The notes under the pieces were generated by a model. The model was not told where the DNA came from. It was given only the letters and a program-made list of their open reading frames with translations, and made no database searches. This document shows, one piece after another, positions 24,214 through 37,600 of a DNA stretch of 64,000 nucleotides; within the stretch, counting starts at the first letter, position 1, and each line of letters opens with the position of its first letter. The DNA lies in the NCBI GenBank assembly GCA_964016885.1, contig OZ024742.1, positions 319,486,001-319,550,000 on the forward strand, given 5' to 3'. The DNA is from Eledone cirrhosa. Its lineage: Eukaryota. The position numbers and the translations under genes were made by a program.

Positions 24214-27200
24214 AATTTCTTTCAATAGATTTCCAGTGCTAAGATCGAATAAATCAGTCTGAGAACTCATCAATCAATAAGACTCAATGGTAGAAAGAAA
24301 ACAAACAGATGAAATAGATTTATTTCAAATTTTGTTTTCAGTTTCAAATTGTTTTGAATTATAATTGAAAAGACCTCTTTAGTCCTGTTGAGGACATAGC
24401 AACCTCTAGTGTTGGTGTCATGATAAACTGCACCTAATTCACTATGTAAAGTGGAAGTGCTGGTGTCTTGAAAAAAAAATCACCTCTATCATTCTCTCCA
24501 CATTATGAGAATGGTAATAATTTTTGTTTTGGAATATTAATAAAAATGAAATAAAAAAAAATAAAAAAGGCATTAAAAAAACAACTATATACTCACTTTT
24601 ACAAACTGATATAAATGTAAAAACATATTTTAAAGCTCAGTTTCAAAAGTATTTTTACTATCCATTTTAAAGTATCTATCATATTAAAGCTGTGTATCTG
24701 TGGTGTAAAATGTCCATGGAAAGGATAAGTATGTGTGTGATATGAGAGGAGGGAGAGAATGATAGGGGTGGTAACAGCAGTGGTGAAGTTTATTAAATCT
24801 CATGTCTTTATGGAAAGGGAATGGTATGTGTGTGAGAGTAGTGGTGGTTTTGAATTTTTTAACCGTTAACCTAATATATCCCTTCCATATACTGTACTGA
24901 TTGTGTTATTTCTGTTTACCTTTTACACACACACACATTGTGTTTGTATGTGTGTGCTCACATGAACATTGAAAATGCCTTGGTGGTTATTTCTAATTAA
25001 ACTGGAATTTCCACAGGGTCAGCTAGTTCTATTTAATTTGTTTAATTTGAAACTTGCTCGCCAAATTTTACATAAGAACCTTCTATTATGTTCCAAACAA
25101 CAGCTTAACTCTTAATATCCTATAATGATTTAGCAGAAAATATTTAAAGATGGGGGGTTTAAGTCAAATGTTTATAGTATCTTTACTACTGGACAGATTG
25201 TTGTGAAAATTTGCAGTATTAGAGTAAAAACTTGAGATGTTGTCATAGTGGTGTTTTGTACTTTTAAAGAATGCCTTGCTAATGCAGTTTCATGTGGTAC
25301 ACGATGTGTAGAGTTAATAATGGAGAATTAGTTATTTTATTAAACCCTTTCAAATTCCTGATTATTTTTAGAATTAATTGAAACACATTGTTAGAAATAT
25401 GGTCAGGAAAGTATTTTAGGAATTTGTTGACAACCTGATATCCAGGTGTTTTTGCAGAATAGTTTCAATCCCATATGTTGCTAGATTTAATTCTGAAAGA
25501 TACTAATTGTACTAATGTTAACCTATTGACTCCTTACAATAAAATAATAATTGCAATTTTTAAAGTCACTTAGCAAAACCAAAATATTTTACTTGATATC
25601 CTTATTATTAATAATTATTTTGTGTTTCACTTTGTTAATTCCTTGGAGGAAAAAATTAATTTCATTTGTGCCCCTTTTTTTTCTTTCCAATAGAATTCCA
25701 TAAAGTTTCTAAACTGTCAGTTTCTATAACTTGCAGCAATTTCTAGATCATAATTGTCAACAACATCAAACACGTTTTATTTGTTATGCTAGTCAGTAAT
25801 TGTAAATTTGAAAACTTGTCCTCCTTATTTATTGTCTATTGTTTTCATAGTCAGTTCATAAAGTAGGAGAAAAAAAAAAAAATCTAATTTTCACGGAATT
25901 TCATATTATATAATCATTGTTACTTTCAATCGTGTATAACTTATATAGTATTATGTAGTATTATGCCATGCTTTGTTAGGGTTTTTAGGTGCCCATATAG
26001 TTGTGAACAGACACTGACACCTTGATCCACCTAAATTCACTGCTGGAGGAAGAATGAAAGACAGGATCAACCTTCGCAGTATTACGATTTGAACTGAGCA
26101 CTGAGAATCAGAAGAAATATGGGATTGCATTCTATCTAACGCTCTAACAACTCTGCCAATCAACTGCCTTATCATTTCTACATAAAACTAAGTAGGTTTG
26201 GAAATTTTCTTCTCCAAATTGATTTGTTAGCTGCAGCATTCTCTGGTTGATTCTAACTGCCTCATTCTGAGTTTTCTCCAATTCATTAATGCTTGGTTTA
26301 TTATCCTTCCTCAGGCATTTATTCTCTCAGTCAATTTATTTTCATCTTATCATTCAATTTGGAGAATCTTTCTGATAATAGTAAGCACAATCCTTATAAA
26401 ATTCAGCACAATTTGTTATTGTTCTTGCTTGGTAGCTTCTGTTGACTCTAGAACCTAACTGTCAGTTGATGTTATATAACCTAGAGATTGCCTCCAGTGA
26501 AAAACTTGGAGTAGAAAGTTACATTATGTACATAGGCACAATCTTAAATTAATATGAATATTCAAGTGTTACAAGTATGTGAGTGCGTGTGTGTGTGGCT
26601 TTGTGGTTAGGGTATTCGGCTCACAATTGTAAGGTCGTGAGTTTGATTGAGACACTTTATTTCACGTTGCTCCTGTCTTCGCAGTTGGCAAAATTAAGTT
26701 GTACCTGTAATGAAGAAAGCAAAGTAGTGTTTGTATTTCAATATAAAATTATTTAAGGCTGATGACTCATCTGAACTCCTTGTTCATCATAAATTGCCTT
26801 AGAAACTGGAGTATTTTAAAATCAGTTCTGTTATATTTAAATACTGTCTCAGAATTGAAGGATCTTTCCATTAAAAAAGGCACATGGCTTAGTGGTTGTG
26901 GTTATGGTTTTGGACTCGGGTTATGGGTTCTATATCAAGACAAATGGCATGTTGTGTTCTTGAGCAAGACTCTTCATGTTTCTTTTCCTGATAAAACTGG
27001 GGCTCTATGTAAAAGAAACAATGTTCTAAATTACTTAAAATTGAGTAGGTTAGTTGTATCACCAAATCCCTCTAAATACTTAATTATTTTAAAAATTAAT
27101 AAAAATTCATAGGCAGTGTTTTATGATAATAAAAGGGTTTAGGGATTTTTCCATTAAGAGAGCAGAGTCATGTTTAGATAAATCTGTGAAATTGAATATA

Positions 27201-27255
27201 TTTTTAATTGTATTGACCTTCTTTTGTTGTTGGATTGCCAGCATAACATACATTA

Positions 27256-27317
27256 CCACCACCACCACCACCACCACCACCACCACCACCACCACCACCA
27301 CCACCACCACCACCACC

Positions 27318-27348
<31 letters not shown>
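27256..27348. repeat. (ACC)n(AAC)n trinucleotide microsatellite
   Basis: Seen directly; source of the poly-Thr/poly-Val pseudo-ORFs. Confidence 0.95.
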
Positions 27349-28448
27349 TTATCAGAATCTTCATCTTTAGGTTTTTGAATTTGATTTTCTCCGTCTATTC
27401 CCTTCTAATTATGTCTCGCATATTACCTGATACAGTTGTTGCGAAAATGGCAATGTTTTTTAATAAATGTTTCATATTATTAAGCAATTTTGTTTCCTGC
27501 ACGAGTGAATATCTGTACATGCATATACATTAAGCCTTTAACTTATGGCACTATATATATATGTATGTTTGTGTGTATACTTTTATAGGACAAATGACTC
27601 AATGGAGAATTTTGTTTAAAAATAACAAAGCCCTCTCTCTCTCCTCCTCGCTTCCTCTCTCAGTGCTTAGAATTCCAGAGTTACTCTAATTAACATATAT
27701 AATAAGCTGCATTGATTGATTGTAGGCTAATTAAATTGGACTTGGTTTGTCAGGCAGCTTAAAATGTAATATCCCTCCCCTTCTGATACAGTCCATTAAC
27801 ACAAAGGCATATTTTTTCTTTTGCATTCTCTTAATCCCAGTATAAAATATATTAACAATTATAATGCTCACTCCACTTCACCAAGTGTTGAAAGTGTCTG
27901 TTTTGAAAAGGATATCTATTAACAAGCTAAACTTTTTTTCAGTGGATTCATTGTGGATTAGGTTGAGTTTATAAGGCAAATGTATGTAATCAATTTACTA
28001 TTCCTTTTCTACTACTCTGAAAGAATAACACACAAACAAAATCAGGAAAGGCTGTAGAAACGACAGATTGGTAGTGCTAATCAAATTTTTTATTTTTAGA
28101 TTTTAACCTCACTTTATAATAGATATGATAAAAACATTTGAAAATCTTTATTAAAATATACAAAAGTAAAAGCAACTGGAATAAACTGGCTTATTAAAAA
28201 GGGTCTATAAGATTCGTTATATAGAGGCATTTTAATCTAAAAGAAACAAAAACAAAACTGGCAGGTCCCGGGAGACCTACAGGATAGAGTGGGAAGCGTT
28301 GTGGATAAGGAAGTCAGGACCAGGTATGCAGATACTTTTGTATCTAAATTCAGAGAATTCCCTGAGCTTGTGGTACAAGCAGGCATGAAGAATCGCAGCA
28401 GAGCGTAAAGGCGCCCAAAGTTAAGACATTGGAGGTCTTTAGGGTTAA

Positions 28449-29633
28449 CCCTTTAGCATTTGCATTAATTTTCAAACGTCATGCTTATCTGTTCGCATTT
28501 GGATTGGCAGTTTCGGTAGAGGGTCTGATGCCATGCTTTGATGCATAGAGTTACGGCCCTTGCCATTCTGAGGTTAACTTTGCCTTTCATCCTTACGGAG
28601 TCGATAAAATAAATTACCAGTAGTGCACTGGGTAATTGCTGGCCTTGTGCCAAAAGTAGAAACAATTATTTTGAGTTAATCATACTCAAGGAGGTTATCA
28701 ATTTTATTTGCTTGAAATTTTGTAGATGTTTAAATATCAACAATTTATAATTATATAATTTTACCTGATTTTTTTTGGTCAAATTTGACTTTTATGGGCA
28801 GGTGAAATTAATTAATAGGGGCATTTGAAGTATCAACCAGGTGCAAATACTGGTTTAATTTTAAATACGTTGTTTTCGGCATAATACTTGATATATAAGG
28901 ATCACTAAACCTTATATATATTAGTGCTCCAGTAATTCCAGTCTTGGAAATTGTTTTATACTGAACATAATATTTACAGTAAAAAATGCTTGCATTTCCG
29001 CAGCATCTGTCGGTTGTCAAACAGATCGGGTTTTCCTCGATTTGAAATCTGTTGTTGGGCATATACATTAATCTCTTCTGCCACAACTTCGAAGAAAGTT
29101 TGTGGTAAAAACAAAAAGAAAGAATCCAGTGCTTTAGCATCGGGAGCTAATGTGTGTTGTGGACCAGTATTTTGAATAAAATCGGGAACATATATTGGTG
29201 TGGTATTTTTCAACCACGTTGCTGTAATATTTTCAATGGCGTCCTGGAGATCTCCTTAGTTTTCACTTTCAAAACAACAATCATCGTCAGATGACATTTT
29301 AGAAATGTAAACATCTGATTCATTTGAAGATAAATCACTAATATTATCTTTCGTTTCTTGTTCATTCTGAATGTTGTCGTGTGTAAAACCTTCAAAGTCG
29401 GTATTGCTACTTTCACAAGCCATGTTGATACACAAAAAACTTGTTCTACTTTCAACGTTAAAAAAACACGTTGTTTTAAGTTGTTTCACTATATTAAGTG
29501 TTAATTTTCGTGGTAAGGGCCTAATCTCGCAGTAATCCCGAATTGACGAGATTTTGATGATGGTTTGTTTTTTAGAACGATTTTTTAGTGTGGGTGTTAT
29601 CGGGCGATTTCGAGTGGTTTGAACACTAAAGGG
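28449..29633 (-). mobile_element. Non-autonomous piggyBac derivative, copy 1
   Basis: TTAA|CCCTTTAG ... CTAAAGGG|TTAA; transposase N-terminal remnant (DFEGF...GPQHTL...FLFLP..FFEVVAEEINVYAQQ), frameshifted. Confidence 0.9.
28501..28670 (+). mobile_element. SINE group 1 (subfamily a) nested in piggyBac copy 1
   Basis: ggattggcag...ctttgatgcatagagttacggcccttgccattctgag...gccaaaagtagaaacaattatt; B box deleted. Confidence 0.9.
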
Positions 29634-30403
29634 TTAAGCTGGAATCCAACTTCAGATCAGCAAATAAAGTGTTCTGGCAGACCATTCGCCGACTTCATAA
29701 TAAAAAGTCCACCTCCATACCCGCTATCAGAAACGCATCTGGAAGTCTCCTCTCTTCAGAGAGATGTATCCTTATGAGGTAGAGAGAATACTTTGCTAAT
29801 CTCCTAAACCCAATCACAACAGCATCTTCTGATGTACATGAGGTGCACCTGGGAGCGGTGACTAATTTCTTCGCGGCTGAGGTCACAAAAAGCAGTTAAA
29901 GAGCTCAAATGTGGCAAGGTCGCTGGGGAAGATGAAATCTAGCCTGAGCTGTTAAAAGCCTTAAATAAAGAAGATATTCTCTGACTTACTTGTGTGTGCC
30001 GGGTGGCCTGGATCTCTGGAAAGGCACCTAATCAATGGAAGTGATAATCCCACTTTTCAGAAAGGGAGTTAAGAGAGATTGTGCCTATTACAGAGGGATC
30101 TCCTTGTTAAGCCTTCCTGGTAGAGTCTAAATGCCTGGCACTGAAATTAAAATAATTATGCTCTATTTTTTCCATAAGCAATTAATATGTTGAGCTTTAT
30201 CACATTTGGTATTGAACAAGTGATATACCCACCCCTATTCATCTCCTATATATCAGCAACATCGTTTAACGTCCACTTTCCTCGCTAGCATGGGTTAGAC
30301 AGGTTGTCTTATTTGAGGCAAGTTGGGTCAGGTGACTGTGTCTTACTCATATATATATGTTTGAATGTATGTATGTATGTATGTATATGTAAGTATATGT
30401 GCG

Positions 30404-30433
30404 CGCACACGCACACACACACACACACACACA

Positions 30434-30516
<83 letters not shown>
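30404..30516. repeat. (CA)n(TC)n compound microsatellite
   Basis: Seen directly. Confidence 0.95.
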
Positions 30517-30519
<3 letters not shown>

Positions 30520-31148
30520 TTTAAAATAGGCGCACTGCAGACCTGTATGTAGTAAGTAGCAAATAAATGGGTTAGCATAAAAAAGTCATTCATCTGTCTC
30601 AAAAATATGCATCTAACTCATGCCAACATGGAAAAGTAGACTTAAAACCACGACAAAGGTGATATCATTTTTGTAACATAGTTCCACACATACAAGTGAT
30701 ACACAATATAATAAAAAAAAACATGGAAAGCCAGTATAATCAAACAGCTTTCTGTAATCTCGCCAAAATAGCTACTCCATTTTGTTGATATTATATCATG
30801 TTCACAGATTGTTGTTTATCAGAAGTTACTGAACACCACTTTCAACTGCTGGCTTACTAGTAACTAGGTTATGGTTAACGTAGCAAATTGAATCAAGCAA
30901 TTCTCTATGATTTATACTTGATAATTTAGTCTAGTTATTTTATGAATATTGATTTCTATACTACTAGTACTTATTCATTGATCAAGAGAGATAGCTGAAG
31001 GTTGGGGTTGTCTGGCAGGATTTAAACAGAAAAAGACATTTTTGAAAAATCATTGCCATCATCATTATATGAAGAATGTGTGTTTTTTTATCTCTTCTTT
31101 GGTGCTAATCTAACCAATGTTAAAAGAGAAAGCTATATATATATATAT

Positions 31149-32519
31149 ATGATTAGGGACCGGGTGAATATAGACGAGATGCAATTTGGGTTTGTTCCAG
31201 GGAAAGGCACCACTGATGCGCTCTTCCTTGTGAGGCAATTACAGGAAAAGTACCTAGCTAAAAGTAAGCCACTCTACTTGGCATTTGTCGACCTTGAGAA
31301 AGCCTTTGACAGAGTTCCACGTGCAGTAATCTGGTGGGCTCTTAGAAAACTAGGAGTAGATGAATGGCTTGTGAAAGCGGTACAAGCCATGTATAGGGGA
31401 GCAGTCAGCAAAGTTAGGATTGGCAATGAGTATAGCGAGGAATTTAGCGTACAGGTTGGGGTCCACCAGGGCTCTGTTCTTAGCCCTCTCCTGTTCATCA
31501 TAGTCCTGCAGGCAATAACGGAGGAGTTTAAGACCGGATGCCCATGGGAACTCCTGTATGCTGATGACCTCGCACTCATAGCTGAATCTATGGTAGAACT
31601 AGAGAATAAATTCCAAACCTGGAAGCAGGGACTAGAGAGAAAGGGCCTCAAAGTCAACATGACAAAGACTAAGGTCCTTATAAGTAGACGAGAAAACAGA
31701 ACCCAGATCCCCTCAGGGAAATGGCCTTGCTCAGTATGTAGGAAAGGTGTAGGTAGGAACTCCATTCTTTGCCCCAAATGCAAACAATGGGTACACAAGA
31801 GATGTAGCGGGATCTCAGGAAGCTTAATTAAGAATGTAGGATTCACATGCAGCAGCTGTGCTGAAACAGCAAGCAAACAGCCACAGGAAACAAGTACCAC
31901 CAATCTCTGGGAGGGCCCTGTAGAAACAGTAGACAGCTTCTGCTACCTAGGTGACCGAATTAGCAACGGAGGTGGGTGCTCAGAAAGTACAATAACTAGG
32001 GTAAGAACGGGATGGAAGAAGTTTAGGGAACTACTACCACTGCTAGCTGCAAAAGGCTTCTCCCTCAGAATGAAAGGCAGACTGTATGATGCGTGTATCC
32101 GAACAGCGATGTTGCATGGTAGTGAGACCTGGGCGCTGAAGGTGGAAGACTTACGTAGATTAGAGAGAAACGAAGCCTGCATGCTCCGATGGATGTGTAA
32201 CAGTAATATACGTGAACGACAAAGCATAAATGAATTGAGAGAGAGACTGAGCATAAGAGGAATCAAATGCTGCGTGCAGGAGAGGCGGTTACGCTGGTAT
32301 GGACATGTGATGCGTATGAAGGATGACAGCTGCATAAAAAGGTGCAGAGCACTAGAAGTTGATGGAAACCGCGGAGTGGGGAGACCCAAGATGACTTGGG
32401 ATGAGGTGATAAAAGCCGACCTTACCCAACTACACCTCTCAAAGTCAATGACACACGACCGTGACTTCTGGCGTCACGCAGTAATACAGGGTACCCGACC
32501 TCCCATGGGTACATGCTGA
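31149..32519 (+). CDS. RTE ORF 3' half: RT (YADD), PHD finger, thumb and C-terminus (transposon ORF, 5'-truncated)
   Basis: QFGFVPG, DLEKAFDRV, QGSVLSP, YADD, CSVC...CPKC...H..C...CSSC, FCYLG, RLRWYGHV, GRPKMTW. Confidence 0.85.
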   Translation: MIRDRVNIDEMQFGFVPGKGTTDALFLVRQLQEKYLAKSKPLYLAFVDLEKAFDRVPRAVIWWALRKLGVDEWLVKAVQAMYRGAVSKVRIGNEYSEEFSVQVGVHQGSVLSPLLFIIVLQAITEEFKTGCPWELLYADDLALIAESMVELENKFQTWKQGLERKGLKVNMTKTKVLISRRENRTQIPSGKWPCSVCRKGVGRNSILCPKCKQWVHKRCSGISGSLIKNVGFTCSSCAETASKQPQETSTTNLWEGPVETVDSFCYLGDRISNGGGCSESTITRVRTGWKKFRELLPLLAAKGFSLRMKGRLYDACIRTAMLHGSETWALKVEDLRRLERNEACMLRWMCNSNIRERQSINELRERLSIRGIKCCVQERRLRWYGHVMRMKDDSCIKRCRALEVDGNRGVGRPKMTWDEVIKADLTQLHLSKSMTHDRDFWRHAVIQGTRPPMGTC

Positions 32520-32820
32520 AGCATATAAACAATATGCCCCCCCCCCCCCCACCACAAGGTGGTCGTGGAGGTGCCACGGCAAAAAAGCACCCAGCCCACA
32601 CTGTAAAGTGGACGTGTAGGCGCCACGAAAAAGCACCCAGCACTCACTGTAAATGAGGTTGGTGTTAGGAAGGGCATCCAGCTGTAGAAATCAAGCCAGA
32701 TCAGTTCCTGTATGAGCAAGGCATGGTCAGCCGACCAGACACTGCCCACAACAGGACAACCCGTCTAACCCATGCTAGCGTGGAAGAACGGACGTAAAAC
32801 GGTGATGATGATGATGATGA

Positions 32821-32824
<4 letters not shown>
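31151..32824 (+). mobile_element. RTE LINE family A, 5'-truncated, young
   Basis: Uninterrupted frame to TGA at 32519; 3' UTR and (GAT)n tail; (TA)n on both flanks. Confidence 0.96.
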
Positions 32825-32870
<46 letters not shown>

Positions 32871-33714
32871 ATCATCATTTTCTTTTTCTACTGATGCCTC
32901 AATCATTTTGTGTTTGATGATTAAATTGATAGGTTTCATGCCTACTGGCTGAAGAATTGGCAGTTGGTAATCTGTCACCAGCATAGCAGGGTATCTGCCA
33001 GAGGGAATGTAGGTTACTATTGTAAACACTGTTATTGACGAGGTTTTATTGGTTTGAAATACTGTGAGCCTGAAGGCGACAGTATGAAACTACACTGTTG
33101 AGTAACAATATAAATATGTAGTTTCAACAATTTTTCAAAAACTGAATGAGTTATGGAACAGACATTGATTCATTTCGTCGCTTTTGGGTAGCTTAGGTGT
33201 GACATGGTTCTTTGACCCGTCTAGGACAGTATCTCAGGATAACAACTGTAGTGTCTTGTACAACCCATTCCAACATAGAAAGTAGATGTAATATGTAATG
33301 GCACTGCTATTACCATAAGTGTATTGTTGCTATCATATATACGTGTTGTCATATAGACTTGTCATATATACTTGAATATGTCAATCTTTTGAAAAAGTCC
33401 AGTCTTCATTTTTGGCCAAGAAAGTGATAATTTATGACATGTCTAATGTCCATTCACCTCTGTAACAAGAACTCATTCTTCTGGCCTCCACATATATATT
33501 TTTATGTGAATATGTACAAACATACCTATAACAGTTTGTTCATTTTACAAACAGTCAACACTGTGTTTATTTGATATAAGATACTGGTTGTGTGATAAGC
33601 CAATACATGACATATCATTTTCTAACTGATGATGATGCACTGACCATAAACAATTGTTACCAATGCCACTATTGAGTTCTAAACAGCTCTGGCACAGCAC
33701 AGTAGGAGCAGGGT

Positions 33715-33988
33715 TACATAACTTACATCCATGTAGGTTTAGCTGGCCTCCTAAGAGGTTGCATCTTTGGAGGTTTCTCGGTCCTTTCGTGAAAAGACAC
33801 TCTCCTGAACTGGATGTCAGTCCAGTGCAGGTATCTCTCAGCTACAGTCAATTTTTTCAGCTGAGTGAACTAGAGGAACACAGAATGAAGTGTCTTGCTC
33901 AAGGACACATGCACCACCTGGGCCAGGTATCAAATCCACAACTTTATGATCATGAGTGTAACACCCTAACCACTAGCCAATGCACCAC
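33715..33988 (-). mobile_element. SINE group 2, tail type II
   Basis: tgaagtgtcttgctcaagg core; accctaaccactagcc head; aggtttagctggcctcctaagaggttgcatc tail. Confidence 0.7.
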
Positions 33989-34261
33989 CATATGATAGTG
34001 CACTAAATATGTACACCAAACAATACAATACGTAAATATAAAGTTGTTACATGTAATATTTATAGATTTCCCCTACAGATTAGGAAATTTTCACAATGTC
34101 TTCAACTGTTAAAACAAGACTGCAGTTTTGAAAATGGGTGTCTCTATTTTCTTTTCTTTTTTGTTCCTGTGGGATTTTGCACACAATATTTTCTGTTTTA
34201 CCTACAGTATTGTGAAACAATCTGTGAAAAGAAATACCATATTCCTCATGAAAGTTTGCCT

Positions 34262-34694
34262 ATCATCATCATCATTTTACGTCCGCTTTTCCCTGCTTAC
34301 AAGGGTGGGACGGGAACTGATTCTAGCTTGATTTCTACAGCTAGATGCCCTTCCTAAACCAACCTCATTTACAGCGAGTGCTGGGTGCTTTTTTTTCCAT
34401 GGCACCTACACGTCCACTTTACAGTGAGTACTGGGTGCTTTTTTGCCGTGGCGCCTACACGTCAATTTTACAGTGAGTGCTGGGTGCTTTTTTGCCGTGG
34501 TACCTCCACGACCACTTTGCAGTGGAATGATAGGGACCCCAGTCCTATCATCCCATTTCTACAGCTGAGTAAACTGGAGCAATGTGAAATAAAGTGTCTT
34601 GCTCAAGGAAACAACACATCACCCGGTCTGAGAATTGAACTCACAACCTTTCGATTGCAAGCTCAATGCTCTAACCACTAAGCCATGTGCCTCC
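34262..34694 (-). mobile_element. SINE group 2 with RTE-A tail (three copies of the tail module)
   Basis: Near-identical to 15345-15673; 7-bp TSD tgcctat. Confidence 0.92.
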
Positions 34695-37600
34695 AATATG
34701 CCTATAATTTTGAAAATAGTTATTAAATTGGTGTTTTGAGCATAAATTAAAGGCTTTTTACAGAAAACTCCGATGGAAGGTTTTTAAATAAATACAAACA
34801 CAGTGATTGAATATATAGCAAAATTCTAATAACTATGTGGCAGCAAAAGAATTTAGAATGTCAGAAATCGAAAAGAGCTGAAAAACTGAAGCAAATGGCA
34901 AAAAGCAAATCTGCTAATTGAAGACAGTGTAACAAATAGCCATAATTAAGAGAGTTGAAGTGGCAAAATATATCAATGAAAGTCAACTAAAATAGTTATG
35001 GAATTTCCTGAGGATCAATTTGAATCTGCCTTGGGAAACTTGCAAGAAAAGTAGGTATTTCAGATTTTATGGAAAGCTATGGGTGATGTTCAAGACATTT
35101 CATTTAAATAAAGAAGGCACTACACATAAAAAAAAAAGCACTGAACATCTTTTCATTCTTCATTGGTACAAATTTTATGTCTTGATAATTTACTGCCAGT
35201 AACTGGTAAATATTTTTCATATCCAAAGCGAAGGGTTGCTCCGAGCTATTCCCATTTATGCACAGATTTCAATCTAATGAAATTATTACTCCTCTATAGG
35301 TCGCCTTTTCCCCTCCTTGGCTGCCTCCTCATCCGTCTACCATCTTTTGCCAAAAAATTGATGGTAATTGTTAAAATTTTAGGTATAATATCAGCACAAT
35401 TACTTTGGCTAAACTGTATCCTGACTAAAGTTTATTTCATGAAAATGTTTCATCTACAGTATATGCCAGTGTACAAGGCGACTGGCATAACTTCAAATAT
35501 GTTCTGCCAAAATCTTTATTTTGTGCTGTGCTTGCCATATAATGCAACATAAGCTCTATATGGTTGCTTGACCTTTTAGAAATAGTAGCCAAGTCTTTTA
35601 AATCCATAGAACAACAAAAGAGAGATGTATTGGATAATGTAGTAGTTTTAAATAAACTATAGGATAGTCGTAGAATGTCTGCTTGACCAGGGCTAACATG
35701 GGGCTAAACAACAAGATCAAATTATTTTTTCAACTATAATTCATGAATGAGGTCTATGAGATGATCTGTAAAATTGTATTGTTTTCCATTTTTTCCATTT
35801 TTCTTTTTTTTTCTTTTATACTTAATATTCATCCCCGTTGGTCTTCCCTATTTTTTTTTTTTTTCATTTTTATTTTTATGTTTACTTTTCCTTATCAAGC
35901 CTTTTGTTTCTCAACTGTAAGAAGTACTACATACTAATTTGTCATTAGCTCTATATGGACATTTAAATTGATTAAATAAATAAATATATGTCAGTCCTTC
36001 GTATGAAGATACAATTATTTTATGTCTAAATATGTAATTATATATTTCATATACCAACAAATGTACTATATTCTACACTTAGTATTCTTCAATCATTACT
36101 TCAATGAGTACAGTTAAGACTTAAGACAGTGTTTTACTGATAAAATCAGAATAAAACCAAAGCATTTCTAGAGTTATCTTCTGTACATGATGGAAAAATG
36201 TAGTTACCAACTAATATTATTATTTTTTCTTTACATTCTGAGTTCAAATCCTGATAAAATAAACATCAGTAATGTACTGGAGTTGATTTAATCGACTTTC
36301 CCTTTCCCAAAAATTGTTGACCTTGTACCTAAATTAGAAACAATTATTAATTTTTTTTAGTGCAAAGGTTCCCTATCTGAAAAATTTACTCTCAGTGGGG
36401 TAAATTTCACCTATGGGTGTGGGTTGGAGGACATATTTGCTGATTCTGTATTTGGGCATATTTTCCTGTTATCAAATTTGTACCTATTTTAAAAGTATGT
36501 AAATCTCAGATTCTTATTCATTGATGTTTTCACATTGACTGAATGTATTTGACCTTATGACTGTCACCTGTTCATCTTTAGATGTTTTGTGCTATTATTG
36601 TTATATAATAATAATGTTAGAAAGGTTGGCACCTAGAAGGGTATCTTGTAAAACATTCTCAAAAAGGTTATGGGGCTAGCAAAGCTAACCCTTGATTTAG
36701 CAGGGAAGATGGACTTAAAAGCTTGTTAATTATATATGGTACATATAGTCTTTACCTTCACTGCTATATAATTTAGTAACACATTGGAGTGTCAATGAAA
36801 AATATAGTCTAAGTAGTAGACTTTTAAAAATTATTGAGGCACGGAAAAAATGTTAAATGGTGGGTGATGTCTTGAGAAGTAGATGTATGTATGCTTGCTT
36901 ATGTATATCTTTCATTTATGCAGTTTCCTTGTTTTGTATGTATTAGTGTTTTATAAACTAATTTATTTGGACTAGTGTCCTCGTCTTGGTTGTTACAATC
37001 ACAATGGCTGAAATGGGATTTACCAAATATAACATGTTGTAGGGTACAATGGCTAAAATGTTATGATTATCACAACCAAGAAGAGACTAGTCCAAATGAA
37101 TCTTTTATAATGATGATTTCTAAATTAGACAAAAAAAATCAACAAATTTTTGGAAAAGGACAGTCAGTAATATTGATTCCAATATTTGACTGCTATTTCA
37201 TTTCATCATCCCTGGAAGACAAAGTTGACTACAGTAGGATTTGCATTCAGAATGTAAATTGCCGGAACAAAATTCCATGTGGCATTTCGTTTGATGCTCT
37301 TCCACATCTTAGAAATTCAGACAAAATATATCAGTGTTTTATTTGTATATTATAAATAGAATTGTCCAATCTTAGCTAGCATGGAAAACGGACATTAAAT
37401 GATATTGTTGATGATGATGATGATGATGAATTGCATTTTGTCAGATTTGCAAAAGAAATATTAAAATCATTGAATCCACATAGGTTTGTGAGTGCACGCG
37501 TATGAGTGTGTGTGCACGTGTGAATTGGATCTGTTAGATTTTTTTGTAGACTTCAACTTCATATGTTTGCACATTAATATTTATTTGAGCTCTTTTTACA

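Larger units (their letters stand above)
28259..30130 (+). mobile_element. Degenerate RTE (Expander/Rex3-like) fragment split by the piggyBac derivative
   Basis: 29760-30130 reads ...EYFANLLNP...AAEVTKAVKELKCGKVAGEDEI...IIPLFRKG...YYRGISLLSLPGRV with stops; similar GC-rich sequence at 28259-28444 on the other side of the TTAA insertion. Confidence 0.7.

Noticed and set aside
27107-27533. Poly-Thr/poly-Val ORFs
   Set aside because: Products of an (ACC)n microsatellite in non-coding context
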